Shown in pieces: positions 25,235 through 39,168 of a stretch of 64,000 nucleotides of DNA. Location of the stretch: assembly GCF_006345805.1 (NCBI RefSeq), contig NC_043001.1, forward strand, positions 16,492,001 through 16,556,000, in the 5' to 3' direction. Within the stretch, counting starts at the first letter, position 1; each line of letters starts with the position of its first letter. Both the position numbers and the translations under genes were made by a program. This stretch comes from Octopus sinensis. Its lineage: Eukaryota. The notes below the pieces were generated by a model, which saw nothing but the letters and a program-made list of their open reading frames with translations, searched no databases and was not told where the DNA came from.

Positions 25235-25709
25235 ATGTATGTATGTATGTATATATGTATATATATGTGTGTGTGTACGTCAAATCCCTGTGAGTGCCAC
25301 TCCGTTATTTTTCTGAAGTATACGTGTCGTTATTCGTTTACATTGTTTTCTCATACTGTTTTGTAAAAACATAAACAAGAATTGATGTATCAATAACAGA
25401 ACTCCAGAGCCTCAAGACCGTGCTCTCACATTAAATTTCGTACGCTTCGAATCCCGTTGGATCTGGTTGGGTACACTTGAAATGCTCTTCTACTGATATA
25501 TGTACTCCAGAACAATCTGTTACTCGATCGGATTGACTGCAACCGTAAACGGTCCTTCCAGCACCCAATTGTACAAAACTAGACCTGTCAAGAAGACAGA
25601 GAAATCCAGTTTTGGGTCAGCAGGTATCTTGCACTAATATACTTATCTAAGTCTGTCATGAGCGCTTGGGTTCATAATACTGAAACTGAGTCAGGTTTCC
25701 CTGGCGCAT

Positions 25710-26080
25710 CTCGGCCCGACCTTCCGTCGGTTGCGACAAGTGTTCCAGTTGAACCCATCTTGGCCTGGCCTTCTGTCGGTTTTACGACGACAAGTATTCC
25801 AGTTGATCCCACCAACGGTACAGGCTGCTCATGAAATTAATATGCAAGTGGTTGAGAACTCCACAGACATGGGGACTCTTAACGTAATTCTTAGGGAGAT
25901 TCAGCGTAACACAGAATGTGATAAGGCCGGCTCTTTTGAATTACAGGTACTGTTCAATTTTGCAAGCTGAGTGGACTGGAGCAACATGAAATAAAGTGTC
26001 TTGCCCAAAGACACAATGTGCCGCCTGGAATTGAACTCATGACCATACGATCGTGAGACGAATACCTCACCTACTAAGTT
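25710..26080 (-). mobile_element. SINE family D (CORE-like middle + T1 tail), diverged
   Basis: GCTGAGTGGACTGGAGCAAC..AAAGTGTCTTGCCCAAAG block joined to the T1 tail. Confidence 0.7.
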
Positions 26081-26439
26081 ACGCTCCATGGTGTATAAAG
26101 TCTTAGATTACAAATATCCCTCAACAAAAACGGGGGATACTTACCCGTTGTATAGTTAATTATTTAGATTGCGTGTCTCCTTAATTAAGATGGGACGTCG
26201 GTCCGTCGTATGGTTAATTTCCAAGATAATGGGGCAGAGGGAAATGAAGTGTTTTGTTCAAGAACTCAACGCAGCGCCCGATCCAGGAATCGATACCAGG
26301 ATCTCACGATCTTGAGCGTAATACTTTAACCATCTGGCCATGCGTTTTCACAGCAACAGAACACAAAACTATAAAAATACTCGAGATGGGGAACTAGTGC
26401 TTTCTAAGGCCATTTTGGGATTGATGACCTCCTCATTGT

Positions 26440-26900
26440 TAAATTAAGTTAAGTTAATTTTTTGGCTCAAAAAGCAAAAATTAAGGCCATGTAGGGGGAC
26501 ATGGAGTTATGTACAGGGAGGGTGTTCATGCAAAGAGTTCAGGCCATTTCTGGTCAAGCGAGACTTTGAACCGAGCGGTCGTCGGCATCTTCACCATCTC
26601 GTCTGGCAGATTATTCCACGGATCCGCAACCCGGACGGAAAAAGCCCCTCTCCTTCGATTGAGATGAAATCGTCGCAGATAGAGCTTTTCGGAGTGACCC
26701 CACAGCCTACGTTCTGGAGCAGGAGTGAAGAACAGCTTTTTCGAGAGGTTACACTTTCCGCTTATGATGTTGTGAGCAAGAATGAGATCACCACGGCGTC
26801 GTCGTTTTTCTAGAGAATAAAGGTTGAGCGTCTTCAGCCTTTGTTGTTGATAGAAAATCGAGAGAAAGATAGGGCTTTTTTAGTTGAGGATGACCAGTCT
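26440..26900 (-). pseudogene. CR1-clade LINE 3' end
   Basis: Minus strand RLKTLNLYSLEKRRRRGDLILAHNIISG..GHSEKL..FSVRVADPWNNLPDEMV..FKVSLD, the classic CR1 ORF2 C-terminus. Confidence 0.85.
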
Positions 26901-27181
26901 ATCCTGTTCTGCTGCCTAGTGAGTGAGTTCTAGAAGACAAAGACTTGTGGGATACACTGTGTAGGAAAACTGCTGTAGGTGTTAGCTTTAAGGAGGTTTT
27001 CGACAGACTGGATTTCAGACGATGAAATGAGATTGAGAGAGAGAGAGAGGCAGGGAGACAGAGAGAGGGAGAGAGAGGGAGAGAGAGAGCTGAGACGGAA
27101 GGACTGATATATCCTCGCTTAACCCTGATCCTTGAAGGTATTTTTTTAACAGTGGCTGGAAGAAGGTACAAGTCACCTTTG

Positions 27182-27392
27182 TGTGTTTGTTCCTTCGCAA
27201 GATACAGGAGGAAAGAGTGAGATAAAGTTGTGGCGAAAGAGTCAGCAGAAGATTCGCCATTAACTTCTGCCGGAGCCGCGTGGAGCTTAGGTGTATCGCT
27301 CATAAACATACACATCGCCCGGTCTGAGATTCGAACCTGCGATCCCTCGACCGCGAGTCCGCTGCTCTAACCACTAGGCCATGTGCCTCCAC
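27182..27392 (-). mobile_element. Family A SINE, internally deleted, with 12-bp TSD
   Basis: TSD AAGTCACCTTTG at 27170-81 and 27393-404; only the terminal GAAGGAACAAACA of tail T2 remains. Confidence 0.85.
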
Positions 27393-27899
27393 AAGTCACC
27401 TTTGCTACTCGAGCTATCTCCTTGCCAACACCACCATAGTGTTTCATTGCACTTGTATATTTGTGTGCAATGTAGATCATGGATTTTGGGTCTCAGAGTT
27501 ATTGTTTATCGTAGTGGCGGTCGAGATATCAGGTGCATCTGCGAACACGAAATCTAACACTTCCATAGTTTTCCCGCCCACGAGAGCAGGCGATAAGTGC
27601 AACATAAGCGGTATCCATCGCTAACCATCCGTTGCCCTCGCAGTTGCATTCTCTGTTATTGCTTCTTTCTTAGAAGCTACAGGGATTAAAGGACCCATCA
27701 TTGAGGGAGACGGCCAGCATTAAATTTGATGGACAGCAATAAACATATACGTTTATATATTTGTTGTGCAAGATTTTTTATGTGAAATCGTGTGTTGAAA
27801 CAGATATTGTTGTATTTCGGAATGGTCAAATATATAGTGCGTGTGTTTTTATTGGCTAAACTGGCAAAATGACCATTCCGAAATACAACAATAAACATA

Positions 27900-28047
27900 G
27901 GCGCAGGAGTAGCCTGCTAACCAACCACATGGTTCCGGGTTCAGTCCCACTGCGTGGCATCTTGGGCAAGTGTCTTCTGCTATAGCCCCGGGCCGACCAA
28001 TGCCTTGTGAGTGGATTTGGTAGACGGAAACTGTAAGAAGCCTGTCG

Positions 28048-28107
<60 letters not shown>

Positions 28108-28316
28108 TGTGTTTGTCCCCCTAGCATTGCTTGACAACCGATGCTGGTGTGTTTACGTCCCCGTCACTTAGCGGTTCGGCAAAAGAGACCGATAGAATAA
28201 GTACTGGGCTTACAAAGAATAAGTCCCAGGGTCGATTTGCTCGACTAAAAGGCGGTGCTCCAGCATGGCCGCAGTCAAATGACTGAAACAAGTAAAAGTG
28301 TAAAAGAGTAAAAGAG
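27900..28316 (+). mobile_element. SINE family C, full length
   Basis: Family consensus; tail CAGTCAAATGACTG at 28272-85. Confidence 0.85.
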
Positions 28317-29112
28317 TATATAAATATATACGCAAATATACAAAGATACGTAAGATATAATTACCAAGTGTGTTAGCACGGTTCACATGTCCTTGCTATC
28401 CTAAGAACTATAAGGTGCTCTTTTTTCGTCTTAGTTTGCAGTTATAGTATCAACAAGAGTTGATGTGGCAATGACGGAAGTATCGATCCTTGAAGGTGTA
28501 CTCAAAAAGACTTATATGCATACTTGAGGGCCAGTGTTAGATTTAGCGAGGAAGATACCTGAAATAGATGCATCTATAAACATTTTATTCTCATCTTGGG
28601 TACAGAAATATATTTGATTTCCCACATACATACATTTCCGTACAAATGATACATATCCATACGTATAGAGACACTCAGACACATATAAACATATTCTTAC
28701 GTATGTAGGCTAAAACATCTTTACCAGTTTGTGTGTGTATGCGTTAAGGCTGTATATGTATATATGTGCTAAAGTTTACATGTATGAATTGGCATATATC
28801 TATGTATGTGTAAGTGTGACATTCCTACACAGGCTCGACTAGAGCCATAAACAGGAAGTAACATTTACTTAGTGTATTAGAATGATTAGAGTGCAAACGG
28901 AAAAATATTAAAACCTCGATTGAAAAACATTTGGTGCGGAAAAGTCCTTTTATGTTGTCGTACTTCCTTTAGCTGCCTCCTGTGTTTGCTGACCGTAACT
29001 TTCTCACGATAACTGGTTTAGGAGAGGATTAAACCTGGGATATGTCATTTTCCACGTTTCCTACTATCGTTATTCTATTCAGTTTCTTCCTCATGCGAAG
29101 GATGTAATAAAG

Positions 29113-29360
29113 ATAGAGCGTCCTTCTCGAGCCCCATGGACTCATAGGACCCGGTTTCCCGGTTTTCGTGGCGTGTATATTTAGCACCTGGACGGAACGC
29201 CGGTCAGTCACAAGATTACTAATTTTTGCCAGCTGAGTGGACTGGAGCAACGTGAAATGAAATGTTTTGTTTAAGAACACAAGACGTCACCAAGTCCAGT
29301 AATCGAAACCACAATCATACGATCAGGCGTCCAACACTCCAACCACTAAGCCACATGCCT
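29113..29360 (-). mobile_element. SINE family D head + T2 tail
   Basis: CCTTCTCGAGCCCCATGGACTCATAGGACCCGGTTTCCCGG (T2) joined to TTTTGCCAGCTGAGTGGACTGGAGCAACG (D). Confidence 0.7.
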
Positions 29361-30103
29361 CTCCTTTGAAGGATATAGTATCACAATTTATACATTAATG
29401 AGACTATAGTGAAGATTCCATTTAAGTATTTTCATACGACATGAGGAGGTGTCACAGCTAACATTTTCAAGAAGGCCCTTCTTCAGGAAGAAGTCAATGA
29501 AACAATGACTGAGCTATCGAATCTGAGGGTGAGCTCAAAGAGTCATGTGTATTTCGAAATGAGTTGGATTAGACGAGGAACATCTCTGAAACAAATGCAT
29601 TCATGCATCTACAAATGTGATGTTTCATTTTGATTTCGAGCATTTTCAACCAGGTGAAGCTCAAATGCCAACAGGTGTAAATAGATTTGATTTCTTCGAG
29701 AGAGAAAGCAAAAGTGAACGACGGAAAAAGAACGAGAGTAAAGAAATCATTCACGTACTGGACTGGAATTTAATTTATCAACACCGAAACGATAAAAGAT
29801 GAAGTCGACCTTGGAGAGAATTGAACTCAAAACATCGATAACAAGTGCCAGTTGAGCACTGGGGTTCATGTAATAATGATAATAATCCTTTCTATTTATA
29901 GGCACAAGGACTGAAATTTGGGAGAGGGAGACAGTCGATTACATCGACCTCAGCATACAACTGGTACTTATTTTATCGACCCCGAAGGATGAAAAGCAAA
30001 GTCGACCATGGCGGCGAAATTTGAACTCAGAACGTAAAGACAGACGAAATGCCGCGAAGCAGTTTGCTCGGCGTGCAAACGATTCAGTCATCTCGCCGCC
30101 TTC

Positions 30104-30188
<85 letters not shown>

Positions 30189-30371
30189 TAATAATAATAA
30201 GGTGAAAAGAGCGAATAGTATGATACCGTAGGTTGCAGTTAGTGAACCCGCTAGCATGAAAGAATTAAGGAGCTCCAACAAAACCTATTATAAAGAAACA
30301 ACAACAACAACAACAACAACAACAATAATAATGATAATAATAATAATAATAATAATAATAATAGCAACAAA

Positions 30372-30864
30372 TTATCATGTACATTGTTTTGTTTTGGTAT
30401 AAAAAATGGGCTACAGCAAATATTCTGCTCAATACCACAGATTTGATTGTCAGTTGTTTGACCTTAACCAGTTGAGCATGTCCCTTAGTGGCTGACGATA
30501 TGTGCATCTCTGATCACGAGCAGAAGTAGTGGGGGAGCATCATAGCCATGTGTTGAAAGGAATTCTTGGAGGCTGGATAATTCACCTTTGGAAACATGGG
30601 TGGTTCGTTCAACATCGTTAAACAATCCTTATTCAGGGACCTTTTGAGCGGGATGGGCTACTCAACTTAAAGAAAATTCTAACTGGGTCCCACCTGCAAA
30701 GTCATGCACTGTTTATCTTGATATGAGATCACCATGTCGCGCACATATGGTTGTGATGCATGTGCCTGGTGTACCCTTATCAGACGGGTAGTCATGATGG
30801 GTATATTGGGCTTCATATATTTTACCCCAGTGTCACTTTGATGACATGCACTGCTCTCTCATTC
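30372..30864 (+). mobile_element. Unclassified about 560-bp repeat, 5'-truncated copy, inside (TAA)n
   Basis: Aligns along its length with 54662-55218; shared 3' end GCACTGCT(C/G)TCTCA(T/C)TC-AATAAT. Confidence 0.8.
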
Positions 30865-30989
30865 AATAATAACAATAATAATAATGATAATAGTAGTAGT
30901 AGTAGTAATAGTAGTAGAAGTAGTAGTAGTAGTAAGAATAATGTGTGTGTTTATATATATGTGTATATATATATGTATAAACAAATACA

Positions 30990-31260
<271 letters not shown>

Positions 31261-31449
31261 ATACAAGCATCTTCCTATCAGTATGCATAGCAATTTATCA
31301 TAATTTCTATCTTTATACCTGTCTACATTTCAGTTTATTTGCATACTTTTTATACATATTAGGTAGATTTGAAAATAAGAAGATGAATTTAAGCGTTCGC
31401 TGATAAATCTGGCATTATAACTAATATTGAAAAATATGAATTATGATTA

Positions 31450-31522
31450 AGAATTTAAGAATTTAAGAATTTAAGAATTTAAGAATTTAAGAATTTAAGA
31501 ATTTAAGAATTTAAGAATTTAA
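31450..31522. repeat. (AAGAATTT)n 8-mer tandem repeat, about 9 copies
   Basis: Direct reading. Confidence 0.9.
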
Positions 31523-31786
31523 GTATTAAGAAATCTAAAAAAAATTAAAATAATGAATTTATAATTATAATTACGTTATTAATTAACGAATGGGTTAGAA
31601 CAATATTATGAAGATTAAGAGGGGTTGTATAAAAGGTGGTGGAGGCAGAAACCAAAAAAGTAGATAACGAAATGAGAATAAAAATAAAAATAAATCTATA
31701 AATAAAATAAACATAAAAACTACAAAAACTTGACTAAAATTAAACTATCTATAAGCAATTAAAGAATATGGTTATCAGTATACATA

Positions 31787-31851
<65 letters not shown>

Positions 31852-31922
31852 TTAATATCAATATATATAATATACTAATATATATAATATATTAATATAT
31901 ATATATATATGTATATATATAT

Positions 31923-31958
<36 letters not shown>

Positions 31959-32214
31959 CATACGCATATGTGTATATGTTACACATGCACACACACGCAC
32001 ACACACATGTATACAAGCATATGTATAACTGTATGTATGTATGTATCTATCTATATCTATCTATATATATATGTGTATATAGGCATGTATAAATACGTGT
32101 ATGTAAATATATATATATATATATATATGTGTATATAATTATACATATCATATATGTATGTATATATAATTATATGTATATATATATACATACATATATA
32201 TAAGTAATATATAT

Positions 32215-32260
<46 letters not shown>

Positions 32261-32673
32261 TATATATTATATATTATTGGTACTAATGATAAAGTTATTC
32301 CGAAGAAATAACGGCATTGTTCTTTCGTTTATTCTCATCAGCGCAGAAAAGTCTTAAAATGTTACGAGAAAATGAAAGTAAAAGGAATGAAAAAAAAAGT
32401 AAAATAAAGTAGAATATTTAACTTAATTATATTTAAGAACTTTTCGTCTGGCACTTGTGAAGACACAAGCATTCGTAAATGTTCGTAAATATATGTAAAT
32501 AAAGTAAATAGTTTACTTTGTTCAAATTTTATTTTATTTTATTTCATTCCATTTCATTTCATTGAATTTCCTTGGAAAATCTGAAAACTTTTCGTAGCGG
32601 CATTTAAATAAACCAACGAATAATTACTTCAGTTCTTCTGGATAATCTTATTATTACCAATATCTAATATATA

Positions 32674-32782
32674 TATAATCAAAATAAGCAACAAGGATAT
32701 CCAAGGTAGTGTAGTACAATCGTTTCATGCTAACGATTGTACTACACTTCCTTGGTTATACTTGTTGCTTATTTTGATTATA
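32674..32782. repeat. Near-perfect 109-nt hairpin (51-bp arms, 7-nt loop)
   Basis: TATAATCAAAATAAGCAACAAGGATATCCAAGGTAGTGTAGTACAATCGTT versus its inverse, 3 mismatches. Confidence 0.85.
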
Positions 32783-32868
32783 ATTACCCCATTTGATTTA
32801 TATGGATAATACCATACCAAATTCTGGAGCCTTTAACTTAAGTACCATATTCATCTGAATCTAAATTT

Positions 32869-32919
<51 letters not shown>

Positions 32920-33041
32920 AAATGGAGTTAAGGCAGGTGTTACAACAAGGAGTTACAACACCTTTACTTGTGAGATTTTTGCTGCCCTGGTAACTATTTA
33001 TTTATTTTTCCGTGTTAATTGTTAACAAGGTAAAAATACAC

Positions 33042-33074
<33 letters not shown>

Positions 33075-33075
33075 G

Positions 33076-33106
<31 letters not shown>

Positions 33107-33364
33107 GATGTGTGTGTGTGTGTGTGTGTGTGTTGGTGTGTGTGTGTGTGTGTGTGTGTTTATTTTATGTACATATAAATGCAGTAAAATCTAGAGAACA
33201 GAGATGAAAACAAATATTCTACTGACTATGAACGTAGTTACGATGTTATCAGAGATATTTTGCTATAGTCTTGTGAGATGATTTTTGGAAAATATATTAC
33301 AAAGCGGTTTCATTGATACGTTGGTGTTCGATGTATATCGATCTGAAGATTTAACCCAGCTGTT

Positions 33365-33777
33365 ACTCTTTTAAACTCTTTTATTTGTTTCAGTCATTTG
33401 ACTGCGGCCATGCTGGAGCACCGCCTTTAATCGAACAAATCGACTAAGGGACTTATTCTTTGTAAGCCCAGTACTTATTCTATCGCTCTCTTTTGCCGAA
33501 CCGCTAAGTGACGGCGACATAAACACACCAACATCGGTTGTCAAGCAATGCTAGGGGGACAAACACAGACACACAAACATACACACACACACACACATAT
33601 ATATATACATATATACGACGGGCTTCTTTCAGTTTCCGTCTACCAAATCCACACACAAGGCTTTGGTCGGCCCGAGGCTATAGTAGAAGACACTTGCCCA
33701 AGATACCACGCAGTGGGACTGAACCCGGAACCATGTGGTTGGTAAGCAAGCTACTTACCACACAGCCACACAGCCAC
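33365..33777 (-). mobile_element. SINE family C
   Basis: Family consensus. Confidence 0.85.
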
Positions 33778-33859
33778 TCAAATGGTGACAATCTTCATAG
33801 TATTTTAAAGGTAGTTCTGATTCTTAATGTAACAAGATATAATTCCTTCTGGTCTTCTT

Positions 33860-34400
33860 GTCTTGAGACAGCATTCACCCGGGGTGGGTTGAGCTGCCTT
33901 CATTCATCTTCAATGCTGCATCTCTCACAAACACCGACCAGGCCTGGCGATTTGAGGCTAACGACCGCGTGATCTCCAACCATTCCCTATTCCAGCGGCG
34001 AACGCCATAGATATGGGGGGCCTAGGTTTGGTTCCAGATCAGCCTTGACTGTCACCAGCCAGGTTTTTCGTTGTCCAACACATCGCTTTCGCCAACCCTG
34101 AAGGGGAGCTGGGGCAATTGCTTCGTAGATGAATTCTCCTGGTTGACGACGAAAGCATGACCCAGCCAACGCAAACGTCTCGTTAGGATGACTTGTTGGA
34201 GGGAGGTGATTTTGCACTGGTGTCGCACCAAATTGTTGGAGACAAAGTGATGAAGAGGTTGAGAGTTTCAAATACCTTGGCGCCATCCGATATAATTCCT
34301 TACACCGGTGGATTGCATGTATTAGGGACTCATTATCTAAAGAGTCGGGCAGGGGTGTTGTCCGTTGAAGAAAAACAATAGCAATCATATACACCCCTTC
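33860..34400 (-). pseudogene. RTE-clade LINE 3' remnant
   Basis: RRQPGEFIYEAIAPAPLQGWRKRCVGQRKTWLVTVKADLEP is an RTE C-terminal signature; frameshifted. Confidence 0.75.
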
Positions 34401-34495
34401 GAATCTACCAAAATGTATTAAGAATGAACAGATATGTTATAGAAAATTAATATTTGTAAATCTCTCAACGAGAGATATTCAGCAACAGTACTCTA

Positions 34496-34807
34496 GAGTA
34501 AAGATTATTTGCTGACATAACATGGCAGTTCTGGTTTAGGACGAATGTTGCTGTAATTTAACCCCAGGAGACATCGTCTCCAGCTGGCTATACGACACGA
34601 TCTGTGACCTTATACTTTCGAAGAAGGGCATTTAGTTTTATTATATTGTTTTGAGCTGGGTGGGGGTACTTATGCCCATGTTCGAAAATATAAGGACACA
34701 GATCGTGTCGTACAGCCAGCTGGAGACGATGTCTCCTGGGGCTAAGTTACAGCAACATTCGTCCTGAACCAGGACTGCCATTTTATGTTAGCAAATAATC
34801 TTTACTC
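34496..34807. mobile_element. MITE with about 125-bp TIRs and TA TSD
   Basis: TA-GAGTAAAGATTATTT..CCTTATACTTTCGAA / TTCGAAAATATAAGG..AAATAATCTTTACTC-TA; the arms include a long exact block CCAGGAGACATCGTCTCCAGCTGGCT. Confidence 0.85.
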
Positions 34808-35519
34808 TACAGATATGTTATTGCTTGGATTTTTGCTGTTTTGCTGGCATCATATGCATTAATATCTTATTCTTTGTTCGGATATTTTCTTCTCTGCTAA
34901 GCAGACTTGGCATTTGTTGGTTCCGTGTAATATGTAGCATTTGTAGTGACCGATCAGTCTAGTTTATTATGTTCGTTTGTTTTGGTTTGTAAGTCTCTAG
35001 ACTTATCTAGAGAATGAGATGATATTTCTGGGTGCTGAATCTGGAATAATCAATGCGTATATCGGCTTTTAAATGAAGTGGCTTTAATATCATCTTATGA
35101 TATATACATGAGATGAAAAGACTTGAGCTTGGAATCTCAGTATCTTATCAAGACACTTTCCACTGAGAGGACAAGAATGTATGACATTACAATTGCACGA
35201 AGATGAACATTCAGATTCATTTATGTTATTTGTATTCTATGATTGGTTTTGTTATTCTTCGTTAGTGGTGGTGGAGGCAAAGTACTGTTATAGCTTATAT
35301 TTAATGTAGTTTTATTAAAGAATCTGTGACTTATGTATGGAACTACCTAAGAAACTATTCTTTAATAAAAACGATGTTCAAACTAATAGGTATTCTTGAA
35401 GTAAATTAGTTTCTGTGAATGTATGTATGTATGTATGTATGTATGTATGTATGTATGTATGTATGTATGTATGTATGTGCGTGTGTTTATGTATGTGCGA
35501 GCTGCTGGTATGTTGGATA

Positions 35520-35760
35520 TAAAGGCGGCGAGCTGGCAGCAACGTTAGCACGCCGGGCGAAATGCTTAGCGGTATTTCGTCTGCCGCTACGTTCTAAGTT
35601 CAAATTCCGCCGAGGTCGACTTTGCCTTTCATCCTTTCGGGGTCGATAAATTAAGTACCAGTTACGCACTGGAGTCGATGTAATCGAATTAATACCTATG
35701 TCTGTCCTTGTTTGTCCCCTCTGTGTTTAGCCCCTTGTGGGTAATAAAGAAATAGGTATG
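35520..35760 (+). mobile_element. SINE family B
   Basis: AAGGCGGCGAGCTGGCAGC head, B box GTTCAAATTCC. Confidence 0.85.
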
Positions 35761-36171
35761 TTGCATATATCGTACTTCGTCTTAATGCCAGTCTAACTAA
35801 AGAATTATTATTATAATTTGACCGACAGAATAAGTACTAGGCTTCCAAAGAATGAGTCCTGGGGTCGATTTGCTCGACTAAAGGCGATGCTCCAGCATGG
35901 TCACAGTCAAATGACTGAAACAAGCAAAAGAGTAAAAGAGTAATAATAATTGCGGGTATTTTTTTATTTTGAATATATCGAAATAGATGTTAAAAATTTA
36001 TTTTGCTGGTTCACTTTTGAAGTCTACGAGCGAGTGACTATTCAGAACTTTTCTACTCCATGGCCTTTCATACATACGTACACACACACACACCACACAC
36101 ACACACACACACACATACATACATACTACATACATACATGCATACATGCATACATACATACAAACATACTA

Positions 36172-36401
36172 TTTTACTCTTTTACTTGTTTCAGTCATTT
36201 GACTGCGGCCATGCTGGAGCACCACCTTTAGTCGAGCAAATCGACACCAGGACTCATTCTTTATAAGCCTAGTACTTATTCTATTGGTGTCTTTTGCAGA
36301 ACCACTAAGTTACGGGGACGTAAACACATACCACCATCGGTTGTCACGCGATGTTGGGAGGACAAACACAGACACACAAACATATACACATGCATACATA
36401 T

Positions 36402-36460
<59 letters not shown>

Positions 36461-36540
36461 TATATATACATATATACGACGGGCTTCTTTCAGTTTTCGT
36501 CTGCCATATCCACTCACAAGTCTTTGGTCATCCCGAGGCT
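36172..36540 (-). mobile_element. SINE family C, head clipped at the TAA tract
   Basis: The consensus breaks at GAGGCTAT and runs into (ATT)n. Confidence 0.8.
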
Positions 36541-36553
36541 ATCATTATTATTA

Positions 36554-36585
<32 letters not shown>

Positions 36586-36590
36586 TATTA

Positions 36591-39075
36591 TTCAGTAGTT
36601 TATTTTATAGCGTGCTTTCACTTCAACTACCGAGCGCAGCTCTGTGTGCCTTGGGTATGTGCTGTGATTTGTTGTGATGCTCTGATGGTTATTGTATGGA
36701 AAGTGTTCTGCGTAGGATGTGTGCAGTGCCTAGTAGTGTAATTTTCTGTATGTTATATGTTTTTGTAAGTCCTGGTGTTTTTGTTATGTATTTGTCTGAA
36801 TATTTTTTTATCATGCCTAATGCACCTACTATGATAGGAATTGTTTCTGTTTTCAGATTCCACATTCTAGTTACCTCTATTTCCAGGTCTTTGTATTTTG
36901 AGAGTTTCTCCATTTCTTTTAGAGACACGTTGTCATCTGCCGTTACTGATACATCAATTAGAAAGCATTTTTTTTCTTCATGGTCTCTGACAACTATATC
37001 TGGTCTGTTGGCCTTAATTTCTCTATCTGTGTGTATCGGCATATCCCAGAGTATGGTTGCTTTCTCGTTTTCTGTGACCTTTTCTGGTGTGTGCCTATAC
37101 CATCTTTTTTCTGTTGTTATTCCATAATGTTGGCATAGCTTCCAATGTATGTAAGTTCCAACTCTGTCATGTCTGTGAATATATTCCTTCTTAGCCAGGA
37201 CTGGGCAGCTAGAGATAATATGATTTATTGTTTCTTGTCCATCTCCACATATTCTGCAGTTACTTGTAATATTTCTTTTCATTACATGTTTTTGGTAATT
37301 TCTGGTGGGGAGGCTTTGGTCTTGTGCTGCAATTAAAAATCCCTCTGTTTCTGCTTTGAGTCCTGAGCTTCTCAACCATTGCTGGGATTTTTCTTTGTCT
37401 ATTTCTTTTGCGTTTAGTTTAGTCCAGTATTTACCATGAAGGGGTTCTTTTCTTGCCATCGTTTTATCATGGTTCGTTGCTGTTCTATTTTTAGTTTGGA
37501 TTTCTTTTTTTTATAGCTTTTGTTGTTTCTTCTTCTTCTTCTTCTTCTTCTCATGTTTATTAGGTGGTATGATTTCTTGTTTGTATTTGTCAGCTTCCTT
37601 AAATACTGGAACAGTTTTTTGTTTTGCTCGTGTTTTGCCGCTATCTGGATCAGTTTTCCTTCCTTCTGAAGTAGATATTTTTTGCAGTCCTATGGTGGTT
37701 ATTTTATAGTAGTTTTTTCCAGCTGTATAAGGCCTCTACCACCTTCTATACGTTGTATATATAGTCTTTCTATGTCAGATTTTGGGTGATGCATCCTAGA
37801 TCCTGTCATTATTTTTCTTGTTTTCCTGTCTATTTTGGTCAGTTCATTTCGTGTCCAGTTAAGGATATTGTAGCTGTAACTTATAACTGGGACAGCTAAA
37901 GTGTTGATACCTATTATCTTGTTTTTAGCATTGAGCTCTGTGTTTAGTATTGATCTAACTCGTCTATAATATTCTTTTTTTATTTTCTCTTTCATTTGTG
38001 TGTGTTGTGTCTTATCTAGTTCATGGATTCCTAAGTATTTGTAAGTTTGGCTTTGGTCTAATTCTTTTATTTCATTTGCTTCATCTAGTGTGATGTTGTT
38101 ACTCTTAACTAGTTTTCCTCTTTTCATGGTTACTTTGGCGCATTTTTCTAATCCAAATTTCATATCTATTTCTTGGTAAATCCATGAACTGTCTTTAATA
38201 GTGTTTCCAGCTGTTTGTCATTTGCAGCGTATAGTTTTAGGTCATCCATATATAAAGGGTGGCTGATCGTTTTGCCGTAACATTTATAATCCGCATCCAT
38301 TTCTATTTAGCATATCAGATAGAGGTGACAGTGTCAAGCAGAAAAGGAGTGGAGAGAGCGTATCTCCCTGGAATATTCCTCTTCTAATGGGGATGTCTTT
38401 GGTTTTCATGAGTCCCTCTTTTGTTTGGAGGTGTAGGACTGTTTGCCATTTATTCATAGAGTGCTCTATGAATTTTATGATTGTTGGTGCTACTTTGTTA
38501 ATGGCTAGTGTTTCGAGGATCCATGTGTGGGGGATGCTATCAACGCCTTTTTGTAGTCAATCCAGGCCATACTGAGGCCTTTCTTTTTCGTTCTGTGGCT
38601 GTCTTCAGTTATGGCTTTATTAATCATTAGTTGATCTTTACAGCCATATGAGCCTTTGCGGCATCCTTTCTGCTCTTCTGGGAACAGTTTGTATTCGTCC
38701 AGGTGCTTGTTCAGCCTTTGTGATATCACTGCAGTAAATGCCTTGAACATAGTAGGGAGGCAGGTTATTGGTCTGTAGTTTTCGGTTTTTCTGTTTCATT
38801 TGATTTGGGAATTAAGATGGTTTTCCCCTTCGTGAGCATTCAGGCATTGTCTCTGGCTCTGCTAGTACGTTGTTAAAGTTTTCAGCCAGCTTTTTGTGCA
38901 TTCCTGTTAGATATTTCATCCAGAAGTTGGGGATCTTGTCATGCCCAGGTGCCTTCCAGTTGCTTAGTCTTTGCAGTGCCTGGGTGACCTCTTCAGTTGT
39001 TATGGGGGTCCAAGTTTGTTCAGATGCCGAGTTTGTTATTTTGATACTCCTTTTTTTTGGTGGTTCGTTTTTTTT
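36591..39075 (-). mobile_element. R4/Dong-clade non-LTR retrotransposon (RT + CCHC + restriction-like endonuclease), 5'-truncated and frameshifted, in (TAA)n
   Basis: KAPGHDKI, QKGCRKGSYGCKDQL, AWIDYKKA, GIFQGDTLSPLLF, YMDD (38241-52), CRICGDGQETINHIISSC zinc knuckle, RPDIV..FLIDVSV nuclease; TAA tracts on both sides. Confidence 0.9.
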
Positions 39076-39078
39076 TTG

Positions 39079-39113
<35 letters not shown>

Positions 39114-39114
39114 G

Positions 39115-39168
<54 letters not shown>

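Noticed and set aside
32300-32350. CTGATGA-G-AATAAA-C-GAAA on the minus strand
   Set aside because: Stem II is 1 bp and stem I only 2 bp; compatible with chance.
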